From Octopus sinensis (Eukaryota): 64,000 nt of DNA. Below the pieces are notes generated by a model. The model was not told the origin of the DNA. It did not search any database and saw only the letters and a list, made by a program, of their open reading frames with translations. The stretch covers positions 20,088,001 to 20,152,000 of the forward strand of contig NC_043023.1 in assembly GCF_006345805.1 (NCBI RefSeq), given 5' to 3'. The translations under genes and the position numbers were made by a program. Positions 9,997 through 21,889 of this stretch are shown piece after piece. Positions within the stretch are counted from its first letter, which is position 1. Every line of letters starts with the position of its first letter.

Positions 9997-10862
9997 ACTA
10001 CAGGTATAAGTCTATTGAGTTGTTCACCAGGTTATCGGTCTTGCAATCCTTGTCAGGTCGGGTCTGATGTATGCAGCATCGGATCCTACTACTGGTAAAC
10101 TGTAAACCAGTACAACCTGTGTCAGTGGGGTAGAAAGGGCTCCTTAGCCGTAGTGAAGGCAATCTATCTAGAGAGACAACCTTACAACAAATCACTCAGT
10201 CCGTAGCTTAGAAATACTGGTTGACGTCCAGCGGGAACAGCTTTGTTTCATGGAGGAGGAAAGATCTTTAGTACTTGGTTGTACAATGCTTTCCAATTTG
10301 TGTAGTAGTGGCACGCGCACACATTGTTAGCCATTTGAAAAGACTATCATCATCGTTTAACGTCCGTTCTCCATGCTAACATGGGTTGGACAGTTCGATC
10401 GGGGATCTGGGAAGCCAGAAGGCTGCACCAGGCTCCGGTCTTATCTGGCAATGTTTCTACAGCTGGATGCCCTTCCTAACGTCAACCACTCCGTGAGTGT
10501 AGTGGGTGCTTTTTACGTGCCACCTGCACAGGTGCCAGGCGAGGCTGGCATCGGCCACAGTCGCATTGGTGCATTTTACGTGCCACCTGCACTATGGAAT
10601 TTACAATTAACTGCACCAGGGTTCCTCTTCCCCAGGGAACCAGACCTAATGGTATACCTGTGGATATAGGTCCAGCCCCTGCTTTGCCGGGTCCTGTCTC
10701 TGATCACGTTCTCCAGGGATACAGGCATCCAGCAACAGGGCCTCCGTAATGCCATGATGGATCGTGAAGTCTGGCGTAGCATGGTAAATTCCATTGTCTC
10801 GACCACGGTCGAACAATGATGATGATGATACGTGCAATACTGAAAACAAATATGCACATATG

Positions 10863-11412
10863 TCATCATCATCATCATCATCATCATCATCGTTTAATGT
10901 CCATTTTCCATGCTAGCATGGGTTGGACAGTTCGACCAGGGTCTGGTAAGCCATGAAGGCTGCACCAGGCTCCAGTCTGATCTGGCAATGTTTCTACAGC
11001 TTGATGCCCTTCCTAATGCCAACCACTCTGTAAGTGTAGTGGGTGCTATTTACATGCCACCAGCACAAGGGCCAGAAGAGGCTGGCAAACGGCCACGATC
11101 AGTTGGTGCTTTCACATGCCACCAGCACAGACGCCAGTCAGTCGGCGCTGGCATCTGCCATATTCGGACGGTGCTTCTTACGTATCACCGGCACAGGTAT
11201 CTTAACTACAATTTCCATTTGATTTTTATTTTGATGTTGGTGTTGACGTACTTGACTCAATAGGTCTCCTCAAGAACAGCGAGTCACTCTGTGATCCAAG
11301 GTCAGCACAGCAGGCCATCCTGCAAGCCATGAACTCACTTCATTTGTTGGGTCTTCACTGTCACAGCATATCTCAGAGGTCTCGGTCTTCGTCATTTCCT
11401 CTGTGAGGCCCT
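10863..11412 (-). mobile_element. RTE LINE 3' end (ORF end, 3'UTR and (TGA)n tail)
   Basis: GLTEEMTKT... ORF end similar to 52700-52850 and 30930-31000; shares the 3'UTR core GGTTGGC.TTAGGAAGGGCATCC. Confidence 0.8.
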
Positions 11413-11472
11413 CCATGCCACGGACACAAGTATCACAACTGCAATATCCATACGGTATATATATATCTATAC

Positions 11473-11521
<49 letters not shown>

Positions 11522-11553
11522 CACACATACATACATACATACATACATACATG

Positions 11554-11827
11554 ATGATGGCTGTCCACTCGTGACAGAGGAAGACCATTGCCGACCTTCA
11601 GGAACATTGTGCGCTCTAGGACTAACTTATATTTTGCATTTGCGGCTCCGTTGGTGGCTAATGAGCCCTGTTCTTGACAAGCATACACAACTGCAAACAT
11701 TGCAGACCAAGCTTTTCCCATTCACTATACGAGCCGTGCGCTTTCGTGCAGCTCGCTTAAGTTCTTCATGCTGGATACGTGCTCTCTCAAAAGTGTCGAT
11801 CCCCTCCTTAACCTGCTTCCTCCATCT
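11554..11827 (-). mobile_element. RTE-type LINE 3' end encoding a C-terminal C2H2-like finger
   Basis: RWRKQVKEGIDTFERARIQHEELKRAARKR...CNVCSCVCLSRTGLISHQRS*; a second copy lies at 21888-22161. Confidence 0.75.
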
Positions 11828-11846
11828 GTATATATATATATATATA

Positions 11847-12230
11847 TCTCTCTATATATAAACGGCAGTTTGTCTGTGCGTGTTTCTTGTGTCTGTTTGC
11901 TTGTACCCTCACCCTGACCACGGCTTTCAACCGATTCTGATGAAACTTGACACACACATAGCCCAATGTCATAATTCAAAACTAACACAGCCAAAATTTT
12001 GAAAAGTTTCCCCAGTTCTGAAAAAATCGATAAATTCGACATGGGGTCGAGAATCAGAAACACGAACCACAAACTGTCTAGGGGACGCAACTCCATCCTT
12101 TTTTAACTCTCAAAAAAAAATTTACCATAATTTTTTTTCATTTTTTTGCTATCTTTTGGCTATAACTCTCTAAAAATGCTTTATAGTTATTTCCCTTACA
12201 AACCTGAGCAACGCCGGGCGATACTGCTAG
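11847..12230 (+). mobile_element. Non-autonomous Helitron (5' module A, 3' module X)
   Basis: 5' TCTCTCTATATATAAACGG; 3' CCTGAGCAACGCCGGG hairpin plus ATACTG-CTAG|T. Confidence 0.8.
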
Positions 12231-12579
12231 TATATATATACAGGTTATTGTTGACAAACGATCAATCAACTTTATGACGATTGGCACACCAGCTCCTGGC
12301 AGCAATAATAAATAGTCCTTTTGAAATCTAATGGGTTTAATTTCTAGGAAATTCACCCATCTACAGATGATGCCAGCTAACAAATGCTACCCCCAGGTTT
12401 GGTTATCGATCGCTAATGTGTCGGATGACTCCTTTCGCGAAGACATTGAGGCAACCTTGTATTTGCTTATAAGACACTCTGAAATTTTTGACTAATATGC
12501 TAGTATAATAGTATAATATAGTAGGCTGTATTTGACTTGTTCCTGAGAATCTACCTTAAGAATGTAAAAATATAAAACA

Positions 12580-13125
12580 AAAGTGTGTATGTGTGTGGTT
12601 GTGTATGTGTGTAAGTATGTAAGTGTGTGTGTTTGTGTGTTGTGTGTGTGTGTGTATGTAAGTATGTACATGTATGTGTGTGTGTTTGTGTGTGAGTGTA
12701 TGGGTGTGTGTGTGTGAAAGTGTATGTGTGTGGTTGTGTATTTGTGTATGCGTGTAAGTATGTAAGTGTGTGTGTGGGTGTGTGTGTGTAAGTGTGTACA
12801 TGTATGTGTGTGTGTTTGTGTGTGAGTGTATGGGTGTGTGTGTGTGAAAGTGTATGTGTGTGGTTGTGTATTTGTGTATGCGTGTAAGTATGTAAGTGTG
12901 TGTGTGGGTGTGTGTGTGTAAGTGTGTACATGTATGTGTGTGTGTTTGTGTGTGAGTGTATGAGTGTGTGGGCATGTTTATGTGTGTGTGTGTGTGTTTG
13001 TGTGTGAGTGTGTGTAAGCATGTAAGTGTGTGTGTGTGTGTGTGTGTCAGTATAGAGGTGTGTGAGTGTGTGTGTGTCAGTATAGAGGTGTGTGTGTGTA
13101 TGTGTGTGTTTTTGTGTGTGTGTAC
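12580..13125. repeat. Degenerate (TG)n repeat with an internal duplication of a little over 100 bp
   Basis: Direct reading. Confidence 0.85.
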
Positions 13126-13598
13126 TTGTGCGAGTGTTTGTTGTGTACTATGTTAGTAACAAGAAATTGTATTCCCTCCCAGGTGAAGTGTGCAAAGTGT
13201 AAATATTTAGATTATTAAGAAATCTACAGTCAGCATCTCACCAACAGAACCTTTGGTTTCCTGTCAGTGTAGTTGCTCTAATGACATTTCGTCAGCCAAT
13301 AAGAGATCTGGCTGTGAGCCAGGATAAACAAATATATAGAAAATTCAGCTGACTCAGGCTATGTATATATATATGCATATATATGCATATATATGTATAT
13401 ATGTATATATATGTATATATATATATGTAGAAGATGCAATGTTGAAAAATAGGATGAGAGAGTAAGAAACAAGACAATTGCAAATTCAATGCGAAATTCT
13501 TTGTAAAGAATTTTCCCGTGGCAGATTACTGTCTGCCTGAACAAGTTTAAGAACAACAGATATTTCAACTTGCAAAAATTCAAAGATATTTCTCCATA

Positions 13599-13972
13599 GA
13601 CGCAGGAGTGGCTGTGTGGTAAGTAGCTTGCTAACCAACCACATGGTTCCGGGTTCAGTCCCTCTGCGTGGCATCTTGGGCAAGTGTCTTCTGCTATAGC
13701 CCCAGGCCGACCAATGCCTTGGAGTGGATTTGGTAGCGACGGGGAAACTGAAAGAAGCCTGTCGTATTATATGTATATAGGCGCAGGAGTGGCTGTGTGG
13801 TAAGTAGCTTGCTAACCAACACATGGTTCGGGTTCAGTCCCACTGCGTGGATCTTGGGCAAGTGTCTTCTGCTATAGCCCCGGCTGACCAAAGCCTTGTG
13901 AGTGGATTTGGTAGACGGAACTGAAAGAAGCCTTGTTATATGTATATATATATATATATATATAATTATATA

Positions 13973-14004
<32 letters not shown>

Positions 14005-14676
14005 GGTGCAGGAGTGTCTGGTGGTAAGTAGCTTGCTAACCAACCACATGGTTCCGGGTTCAGTCCCACTGCATGCCATCTTGGGGAAGTGTCTTCTGCT
14101 ATAGCCCCAGGCCGACCGATGCCTTGTGAGTGGATTTGGTAGACGGAAACTGAAAGAAGCCTGTCGTATATATGTATATATATATATGTATATATATGTA
14201 TGTGTGTCTGTGTTTGTTCCCCTAGCATTGATTGACAACAGATGCTGGTGTGTTTACGTCCCCGTCACTTAGCGGTTCGGCAAAAGAGACCGATAGAATA
14301 AGTACTGGGCTTACAAAGAATAAGTCCCGGGGTCGATTTGGTCGACTAAAGGCAGTGCTCCAGCATGGCCACAGTAAAATGACTGAAAGAAGTAAAAGAG
14401 TAAACTTAGCGGTTCGGCAAAAGAGACCGATAGAATAAGTACTAGGCTTACAACGAATAAGTCCCGGGGTCGAGTTGCTCGACTAAAGGCGGTGCTCCAG
14501 CATGGCCGCAGTCAAATGACTGAAACAAGTAAAAGAGTAAACTTAGCGGTTCGGCAAAAGAGACCGATAGAATAAGTACTAGGCTTACAACGAATAAATC
14601 CCGGGGTCGAGTTGCTCGACTAAAGGCGGTGCTCCAGCATGGCCGCAGTCAAATGACTGAAACAAGTAAAAGAGTA
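13599..14676 (+). mobile_element. Cluster of a bipartite tRNA-derived SINE: three heads (13599, 13780, 14005) and three 137-bp tails
   Basis: Head GGCGCAGGAGTGGCTGTGTGGTAAG...GGTTCAGTCCC; ACTTAGCGGTTCGG at 14267, 14404 and 14541. Confidence 0.85.
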
Positions 14677-14697
14677 AGAGTATAGACACAAACTCTG

Positions 14698-15050
14698 CAA
14701 TAATCAGCTTTTTAGACGTGACCCTTAACTTCTCGATTCGTTCATATTATCTCAACTACGTGTTGAGTCTCTTCATAACATAATTAAATTATCTCATCAC
14801 CCCCCTCCCCCGAAAAACATCCAACTTAGAATCTCATTTAAACATTATCTAGGTTATCTTTTACGTCTGCAAACGAGAGAATATCTCAAGATGTCTAAAG
14901 CTCTTTTCATGAGATACAATGAGGCCTTAGGTAGATATGGCTGCACAGATAAGAATATGACTTATTACATTCCAACTCGTGACAAAAATAGAAAGAATAA
15001 ACAAAGAGATATCTGTTGGTATAATCCCCCTTTTAATTTGGAAGTTCCTA
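14698..15050 (+). mobile_element. Penelope-like element RT/linker relic
   Basis: IISFLDVTLN and YNEALGRYG...KNKQRDICWYNPPF resemble the PLE motifs xFLDV and (R/K)xIxWFNPP; disrupted. Confidence 0.65.
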
Positions 15051-15091
15051 CATGCCACTCTAGAACTATACTTTATATATATATATGCATA

Positions 15092-15474
15092 CTAGCAGTA
15101 TTGCCCGGCGTAGCTCGGGTTTGTAAGGGAAATAACTATCTAAGCATTTTTAGAGATGTAAAGTATAATAGCCATCTCAAAGGGGGTGGTGGTGTTACCG
15201 TAGCTTTTTACGTTCTGAGATTTAATAATACATTTTTAGAGAGTTACTTCCCTTATATAGCCAAAAATGCATTAAAAATGAGAAAAAATGATGGTAAATT
15301 TTTTTTAAATCGTAGACTCATCGTAGATGCGTGCTAATACCCAGAAGGGCTCGATATGAATCACGACTATAAGATACCCGGTTTTGGTTAAACTGCACCG
15401 CAAAATGTGGGAGTAGTTAGGAATCTAAATCGTAGGAGACAGACAGCATACAACTTCAGTTTTATATATATAGA
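15092..15474 (-). mobile_element. Non-autonomous Helitron (5' module B, 3' module X)
   Basis: On the minus strand: 5' TCTATATATATAAAA; 3' CCCGAGCTACGCCGGG plus CTAG|T. Confidence 0.8.
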
Positions 15475-15476
15475 TA

Positions 15477-15885
15477 GGCGCAAGAGTGGCTGTGTGGTAA
15501 GTAGGTTGCTTACCAACCACATGCTTCCGGGTTCAGTCCCACTGCGTGGCATCTTGGGGAAGTGTCTTCTACTATAGCCTCGGGCTGACCAAAGCCTTGT
15601 GAGTGGATTTGGTAGACGGAAACTGAAAGAAGCCTGTTGTATATATGTATATATATATGTATGTGTGTGTGTGTGTGTGTCTGTGTTTGTCCCCCAAGCA
15701 TTGCTTGACAACCGATGCTGGTGTGTTTATGTTCCCCGTCACTTAGCGGTTCGGCAAAAGAGACCGATAGAATAAGTACTGGGCTTACAAAAAGAATAAG
15801 TCCCGGGGTCGATTTGCTCGACTAAAGGCAGTGCTCCAGCATGGCCACAGTCAAAATGACTGAAACAAGTAAAAGAGAAAGAGAA
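15477..15885 (+). mobile_element. Bipartite tRNA-derived SINE, full copy (another at 17217-17630)
   Basis: Same head and tail as the 14005 copy, with an internal (TA/TG)n. Confidence 0.85.
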
Positions 15886-16263
15886 AGAGAATAAACAAAG
15901 AAATATCTGTTGGTATAATCCCCCTTATAATTTGGAAGTTTCTACGTGCCACTCTAGAACTATACTTTATATTTATACTAGCATTAAAGACCCGTCGTTG
16001 CCGGGTCATAGTGCTAGTGCATGTATATATGTGTATATATATGTGTACATATATGTGGTGGAGGTGGTGGTGTCATTGCTGTCTCTTCTTCTTCCTCTTC
16101 TTCTCCTAATAATAGTAAAAGGTTTCAATATCTGGTTTACACATTATCTTTTGGAGGCAGTCTAAGCAACAGATCAGCATTCATCATGTTGCTGCTATGT
16201 TTGGATATATATGAGAGTATATATATATATGCACATATGCAAATGTTAGTATATGTGTGTGTG

Positions 16264-16294
<31 letters not shown>

Positions 16295-16309
16295 GTATTC
16301 ATATTGATA

Positions 16310-16765
16310 GCAAGTTATGAGCGGTACATCATTTGTACGATGTGGAAAATATACCGCCAACTTTGCCCAAACGACCTGAACATTAGCTTCAAGGTTCATC
16401 CAAGACTGGGACCACGGGCCATACGTCCCCTGCCCAATTCAAGATCACAGCATACATGTACACTGCAACATAATTTCTTTTCCTCGACAGGCCCTGCCCT
16501 ATTTAACATTGTCCCGAGGGAGATCAAAGAGGAAAAGGATCCCATCAACTTTAAACAGAGTCTGGATAGATTCCTTCAAAGAATACCAGATAAGCCACCC
16601 ATAATTGGATACAACTCACCCAACAAGAACTCACTACTTGAACAAAACTTGCCTTAAACAAAACTTGACTTAAACAGGATTCGAATAATCCTATCAGGTG
16701 GTGCTATTAAGTTAGACTTGGCCTGGACCAATCTTTGGTCGAAACATATCTAAGTTTATCTAAGT
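16310..16765 (+). mobile_element. CR1-group LINE 3' end (inverted copy at about 19495-19990)
   Basis: YERYIICTMWKIY...GPALFNIVPREIK...FKQSLDRFLQRIPDKP; (ATCTAAGTTT)2 tail. Confidence 0.75.
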
Positions 16766-16774
16766 TTATGTGTA

Positions 16775-17135
16775 TATATAGTAATAAAACATTGCGTACG
16801 GTGCTCAGGTGCACTACAACTCATCTAAAGTGTGTGTATAGTACATAGGGTAATGTACAAGCGTCAGGTAAAGAACAGTGCATGAGTCATGACGTACACA
16901 TATGTGTATGAGTATGGAAAGGGGACAATCAGGTGTAGTTTCGGCGGATTTCGGAAACATTAGGGCCTTAAAGGATGCAGTGTCATGGCAGGTGGCTGCC
17001 CCCTCATTATCGAGTATGGCCATTGCACAAAGCTTAATCAATGTTGTTATCATGCAATGCCTTTGCAAGATTTTTGTAAAGTGAGGAAAGGCTTTGCACT
17101 GAGTCAATCCCACTCAGTAAGCAACAGCAGCCATA
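16775..17135 (-). mobile_element. Degenerate CR1 3' end (inverted copy at about 19122-19480)
   Basis: CACTGCATCCTTTAA...ACTACACC...GCACCTGAGCAC is shared with the CR1 end at 25300-25720. Confidence 0.65.
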
Positions 17136-18052
17136 ATCCGAAAAGAAGAACAAGTCAACATCATTGGTAACCATGGAGCCGCAGGTTTTATGTCGGAGGT
17201 TTTATATATATATATAGGCGCAGGAGTGGCTGTGTGGTAAGTAGCTTGCTAACCAACCACACGGTTCCGGGTTCAGTCCCACTGCGTGGCATCTTGGGCA
17301 AGTGTCTCTGCTATAGCCCCGGGCCGACCAATGCCTTGTGAGTGGATTTGGTAGACAGAGAAACTGAAAGAAGGCCCGTCGTATATATGTAATATATATA
17401 TGTATATGTATGTGGTGTGTTTGTGTGTCTGTGTTTGTCCCTAGCATTGCTTGACAACCGATGCTGGTGTGTTTTGTCCCCATCACTTAGCGGTTCGGCA
17501 AAAGAGACCGATAGAATAAGTACTGGGCTTACAAAAAGAATAAGTCCCGGGGTCGAGTTGCTCGATTAAAGGCGGTGCTCCAGCATGGCTGCAGTCAAAT
17601 GACTGGAACAAGTAAAAGAGTAAAAAGAGAGTATATATATATATACACATACATATATATGGCTGGATTTATGTGTATATGTATGGGTATTATGTACATA
17701 TGTGTATGTATGTGTATGTATGCATGCTGTTAAAGTACCTTTCACAAAGGCACAATGTACCACTGAGCCTAAGAATTGAACCTACAGCATTTCGATTATA
17801 AGCTGATCATGAGTTCACCAGAAGCTTTTTGAGAATTAGACACTCATCGTCATCATCAGTTAACATCCACCTTCCATTCTGGCATGGGTGGGACGGTTTG
17901 ACAGGGGGTAGCCAGGTGGAAGACTACACCAGACTTCTGTAACTGTTTTGGCAGGGATTTTACAGCTGGATGCCCTTCCTAACACCAACCACCCAGCAAT
18001 GCTTTTTACATGGCTCAAGCATCTGATACTGCTAGTAGTTTTATAAAAAAGA

Positions 18053-18415
18053 CAAGCAGTATCGCCCGGCGTTGCTCGGGTTTGTAAGGGAAATAACTAT
18101 CTAAGCATTTTTAGAGATGTAAAGTATAATAGCCATCTCAATATGGCTAACCACAAGGAAGTGGGGGTGTTACTGTAGCTTTTTACGTTCTGAGATTTAA
18201 TAATAAATTTTTAGAGAGTTACTTCCCTTATATATGCCAAAAATACATTAAAAATGGGAAAAATTAATGGTAAATTTTTTTTTAAATCGTAGACTCATCA
18301 TAGACATGCGCTAATACCCAGAAGGGCTCGATATGAATCACGGCTATAAGATCACGGCTATAAGGAATCTAAATCGTAGGAGACAGACACACAACCTCTC
18401 TTTTATTTATAAAGA
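18053..18415 (-). mobile_element. Non-autonomous Helitron (module B/X) with mutated CTAG and an internal deletion
   Basis: Collinear with 15092-15474. Confidence 0.75.
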
Positions 18416-20005
18416 TTAGAAAAGATTGCCTCATTTTCTTATATCTTTATATATATAAAACTGAGAATGTGTGTCTGTCTGTCTTTCTGTGTATTTCCCT
18501 AAAACTTGAGAACTACACAACCAATTTCATTCAAATTTTACACATGCCTTACTTAGGGTCTGAGGAGTGTCAGCGGCCAAAAAAAAAATGTTCAACTTCT
18601 TGCCTAGAGCGAGCCCATAGCAATATCATATCTTCTCCACTATTTCAGTATTACGTGTTAGAAGTGAAACAAAAACATTTCTCTATTTTATGTCAGATAC
18701 TTTCACTTTAACAATAAAAATAATAATAACAATTGAATTATATGTAGTAAGTAATAATTAAAATCAAACTAAAGTATAATATAATCGTAACATAACAAAA
18801 GTAAAAATAGCAATTGGTATAAAATTGCATCAATGACTTGAACTTGATTGTAGCCACACTTCTATACAAGAGGGAGGACAAGATACAATTGATCGAAATT
18901 ACAAGAGATGGGCTAACAATTCCAGTCTGTTATATATTTTGAGTATTGTTATCACTAGCGATATCAAGATATAACTTGTATTTTGTATTTTATGTGTAGA
19001 TGTATATATATATAGATGTACATATTACATGTACATCTATATATATATACATCTACACATAAAATACAAAATACAAGTTATATCTTGATATCGCTAGTGA
19101 TAACAATACTTTATTACTAAGTATGGCTGCTGTTGCTTAGTGAGTGGGATTGACTCAGTGCACAGCCTTTCCGCACTTTACAAAAAATCTTCTTGCACAG
19201 GCATTGCATGATAACAATATTGATTAAGCTTTGTGCAATGGCCATACGCGATAATGAGGGGGCAGCCACCTGCCATGACACTGCATCCTTTAAGGCCCTA
19301 ATGTTTCCGAAATCTGCCGAAACTACACCTGATTGTCCCCTTTCCATACTCATACACATATGTGTATGTCATGACCCATGCACTGTTCTTTACCTGACGC
19401 TTGTACATTACCCTATGTACTATACACACACTTTAGATGAGTTGTAGTGCACCTGAGCACCGTACGCAATGTTTTATTACTATATATACACATAAACTTA
19501 GATAAACTTAGATATGTTTCGACCAAAGATTGGTCCAGGCCATGTCTAACTTAATAGCACCACCTGATAGGATTATTCGAATCCTGTTTAAGTCAAGTTT
19601 TGTTTAAGGCAAGTTTTGTTCAAGTAGTGAGTTCTTGTTGGGTGAGTTGTATCCAGTTTTGTTCAAGTAGTGAGTTCTTGTTGGGTGAGTTGTATCCAAT
19701 TATGGGTGGCTTATCTGGTATTCTTTGAAGGAATCTATCCAGACTCTGTTTAAAGTTGATGGGACCCTTTTCCTCTTTGATCTCCCTCGGGACAATGTTA
19801 AATAGGGCAGGGCCTGTCGAGGAAAAGAAATTATGTTGCAGTGTACATCTATGCTGTGATCTTGAATTGGGCAGGGGACGTATGGCCCGTGGTCCCAGTC
19901 TTGGATGAACCTTGAAGCTAATGTTCAGGTCGTTTGGGCAAAGTTGGCGGTATATTTTCCACATCGTACAAATGATGTACCGCTCATAACTTGCTATCAA
20001 TATGA

Positions 20006-20041
<36 letters not shown>

Positions 20042-20248
20042 GCACACACACATATACTAACATTTGCATATGTGCATATATATATATACTCTCATATATA
20101 TCCAAACATAGCAGCAACATGATGAATGCTGATCTGTTGCTTAGACTGCCTCCAAAAGATAATGTGTAAACCAGATATTGAAACCTTTTACTATTATTAG
20201 GAAGAAGAGGAAGAAGAAGAGACAGCAATGACACCACCACCACCAACC

Positions 20249-20284
<36 letters not shown>

Positions 20285-21108
20285 TTAACAACGTCAACAC
20301 TATGACCTACAAAAGCCTCAAACGTTACTCTTTGGAAGCTGTAACAGATCTCTGTTTTGGTTATTGTGATGAGGAGCAGAGGCTTCAGGTGTTGCTCATC
20401 AGAAGTGCTGTCACAGACAAAGATAGACATCATGGGCTTCTAGTCAGGTGTGTGTGTTTGTGTGTGTGGTTTACTGTTCGTTGGTGGTAAGATCAACAAT
20501 AAAAGTGCTCCATCCAGTGAGAGTGAGAGATAAATAGCATTTAATGTGCAAAGGTATGAGTGACTGTTAGTTTCTTGCTCTGGAGACACACATCAAGGCA
20601 GGTTTTTACAAGCAATCTTCTGGCTCTGTGTGCAACATGGCCAGTTCATTTTGTAAATCAGATCCCTGGTACAAAAGAAATTATAAGAAGAAAAAGATAG
20701 GTACACTCAAAGAGTGGAAGGCTCAATATATATTATATATATATACTCTTCATCTTATATTAAACTTTTAATACTTTTTGTTAGTTAAAAAAAAATATAT
20801 ATATATAGAAAAATAAAAAAATAAAAAATATATAAAAAATATAAATAAATAATTAAATAAAATAATAAAATAAATATATATATATATATTTATAATTTAT
20901 AAGTTTAAATTATTAATTTAAATAATTTTTTAAAATTTTAACTTTAATTTAAATATTTAATAATTGGATTTTTATATTTTATATTTTTTATATATTTTTT
21001 AATAATTTTTTTTCTATGTATTGGCTGATGATTTTCACTGTTTGATTTGCCTAATAGTGGTTTTATCTCTAATTTAATATAATATATATAATATTATATA
21101 TATATATA

Positions 21109-21156
<48 letters not shown>

Positions 21157-21704
21157 TATATATATATATATATCATATATCATTTGTGCGTGTTCGTTAC
21201 CAGCGTCGCCTTACTGGCACCTGTACCAGTGGCATGTGTAAAAAGATTCAAGCGAGGTCATTGCCAGTACCACCTGATTGGCTCCCGTGCCAGTAGCACG
21301 TAAAAAGTACCCACTACACTCTCGGAGTGGTAGGCATTAGGAAGGGCATCCAACTGTAGAAACTCTGCCAGATCAAGATTGGAGCCTGGTGCAGCCATCT
21401 GGTTTACCAGTCCTCAGTCAAATCGTCCAACCCATGCTAGCATGGAAAGCGGACATTAAACAATGATGATGATGATGATACATATATAATAAAGGGTAAA
21501 ATTAATCAATTATTAATCAATAATTTCACCAAGTAGTTCGCTATGTTAAAAGAACCATTACCGGTAAACTTATACAAAAATTTTTATAATTATGAGCATA
21601 ATTATAATTAGGGTTCAGCAAAAAATTTGCTTCACCACATACCGAAATTTAGAAATAGCAGTTAAAATACTATTCTACGAAGGTCCTTAATTTTGAAGTT
21701 CATG

Positions 21705-21793
21705 AATTCATCTGACGAAAATGGTTTCTTTATAATGACACAATGTTTTCATTAATTAATTAAGGGAGTCATTAGAAATGGTCATAATGGATT
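21705..21793 (+). ncRNA. Type-I hammerhead ribozyme motif (HHR-C)
   Basis: CTGACGA at 21712-21718. 13-bp helix II (21720-21732/21761-21773) closed by an A.A mismatch. GAAA at 21775-21778; helix III ATGGTCAT is quasi-palindromic; AUA triplet; 7-bp helix I AATTCAT/ATGGATT. Confidence 0.75.
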
Positions 21794-21856
21794 GACATCT
21801 GTGCCTCTACTGTTACTCTTTCATATTATATACATATATATGTATATATATGTGTA

Positions 21857-21887
<31 letters not shown>

Positions 21888-21889
<2 letters not shown>

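Noticed and set aside
11930-11960. CTGATGAAAC (also at about 42230) as a hammerhead core
   Set aside because: No separate helix II/GAAA or helix I pairing; it is an internal word of the Helitron 5' module.
12240-12480. Possible minus-strand Penelope RT relic (YKQIQG..., degenerate YVDD)
   Set aside because: Requires several frameshifts; similarity is too weak to support by eye.
20760-21060. A-rich then T-rich imperfect fold-back
   Set aside because: Almost pure A/T with irregular runs; indistinguishable from low-quality consensus sequence.
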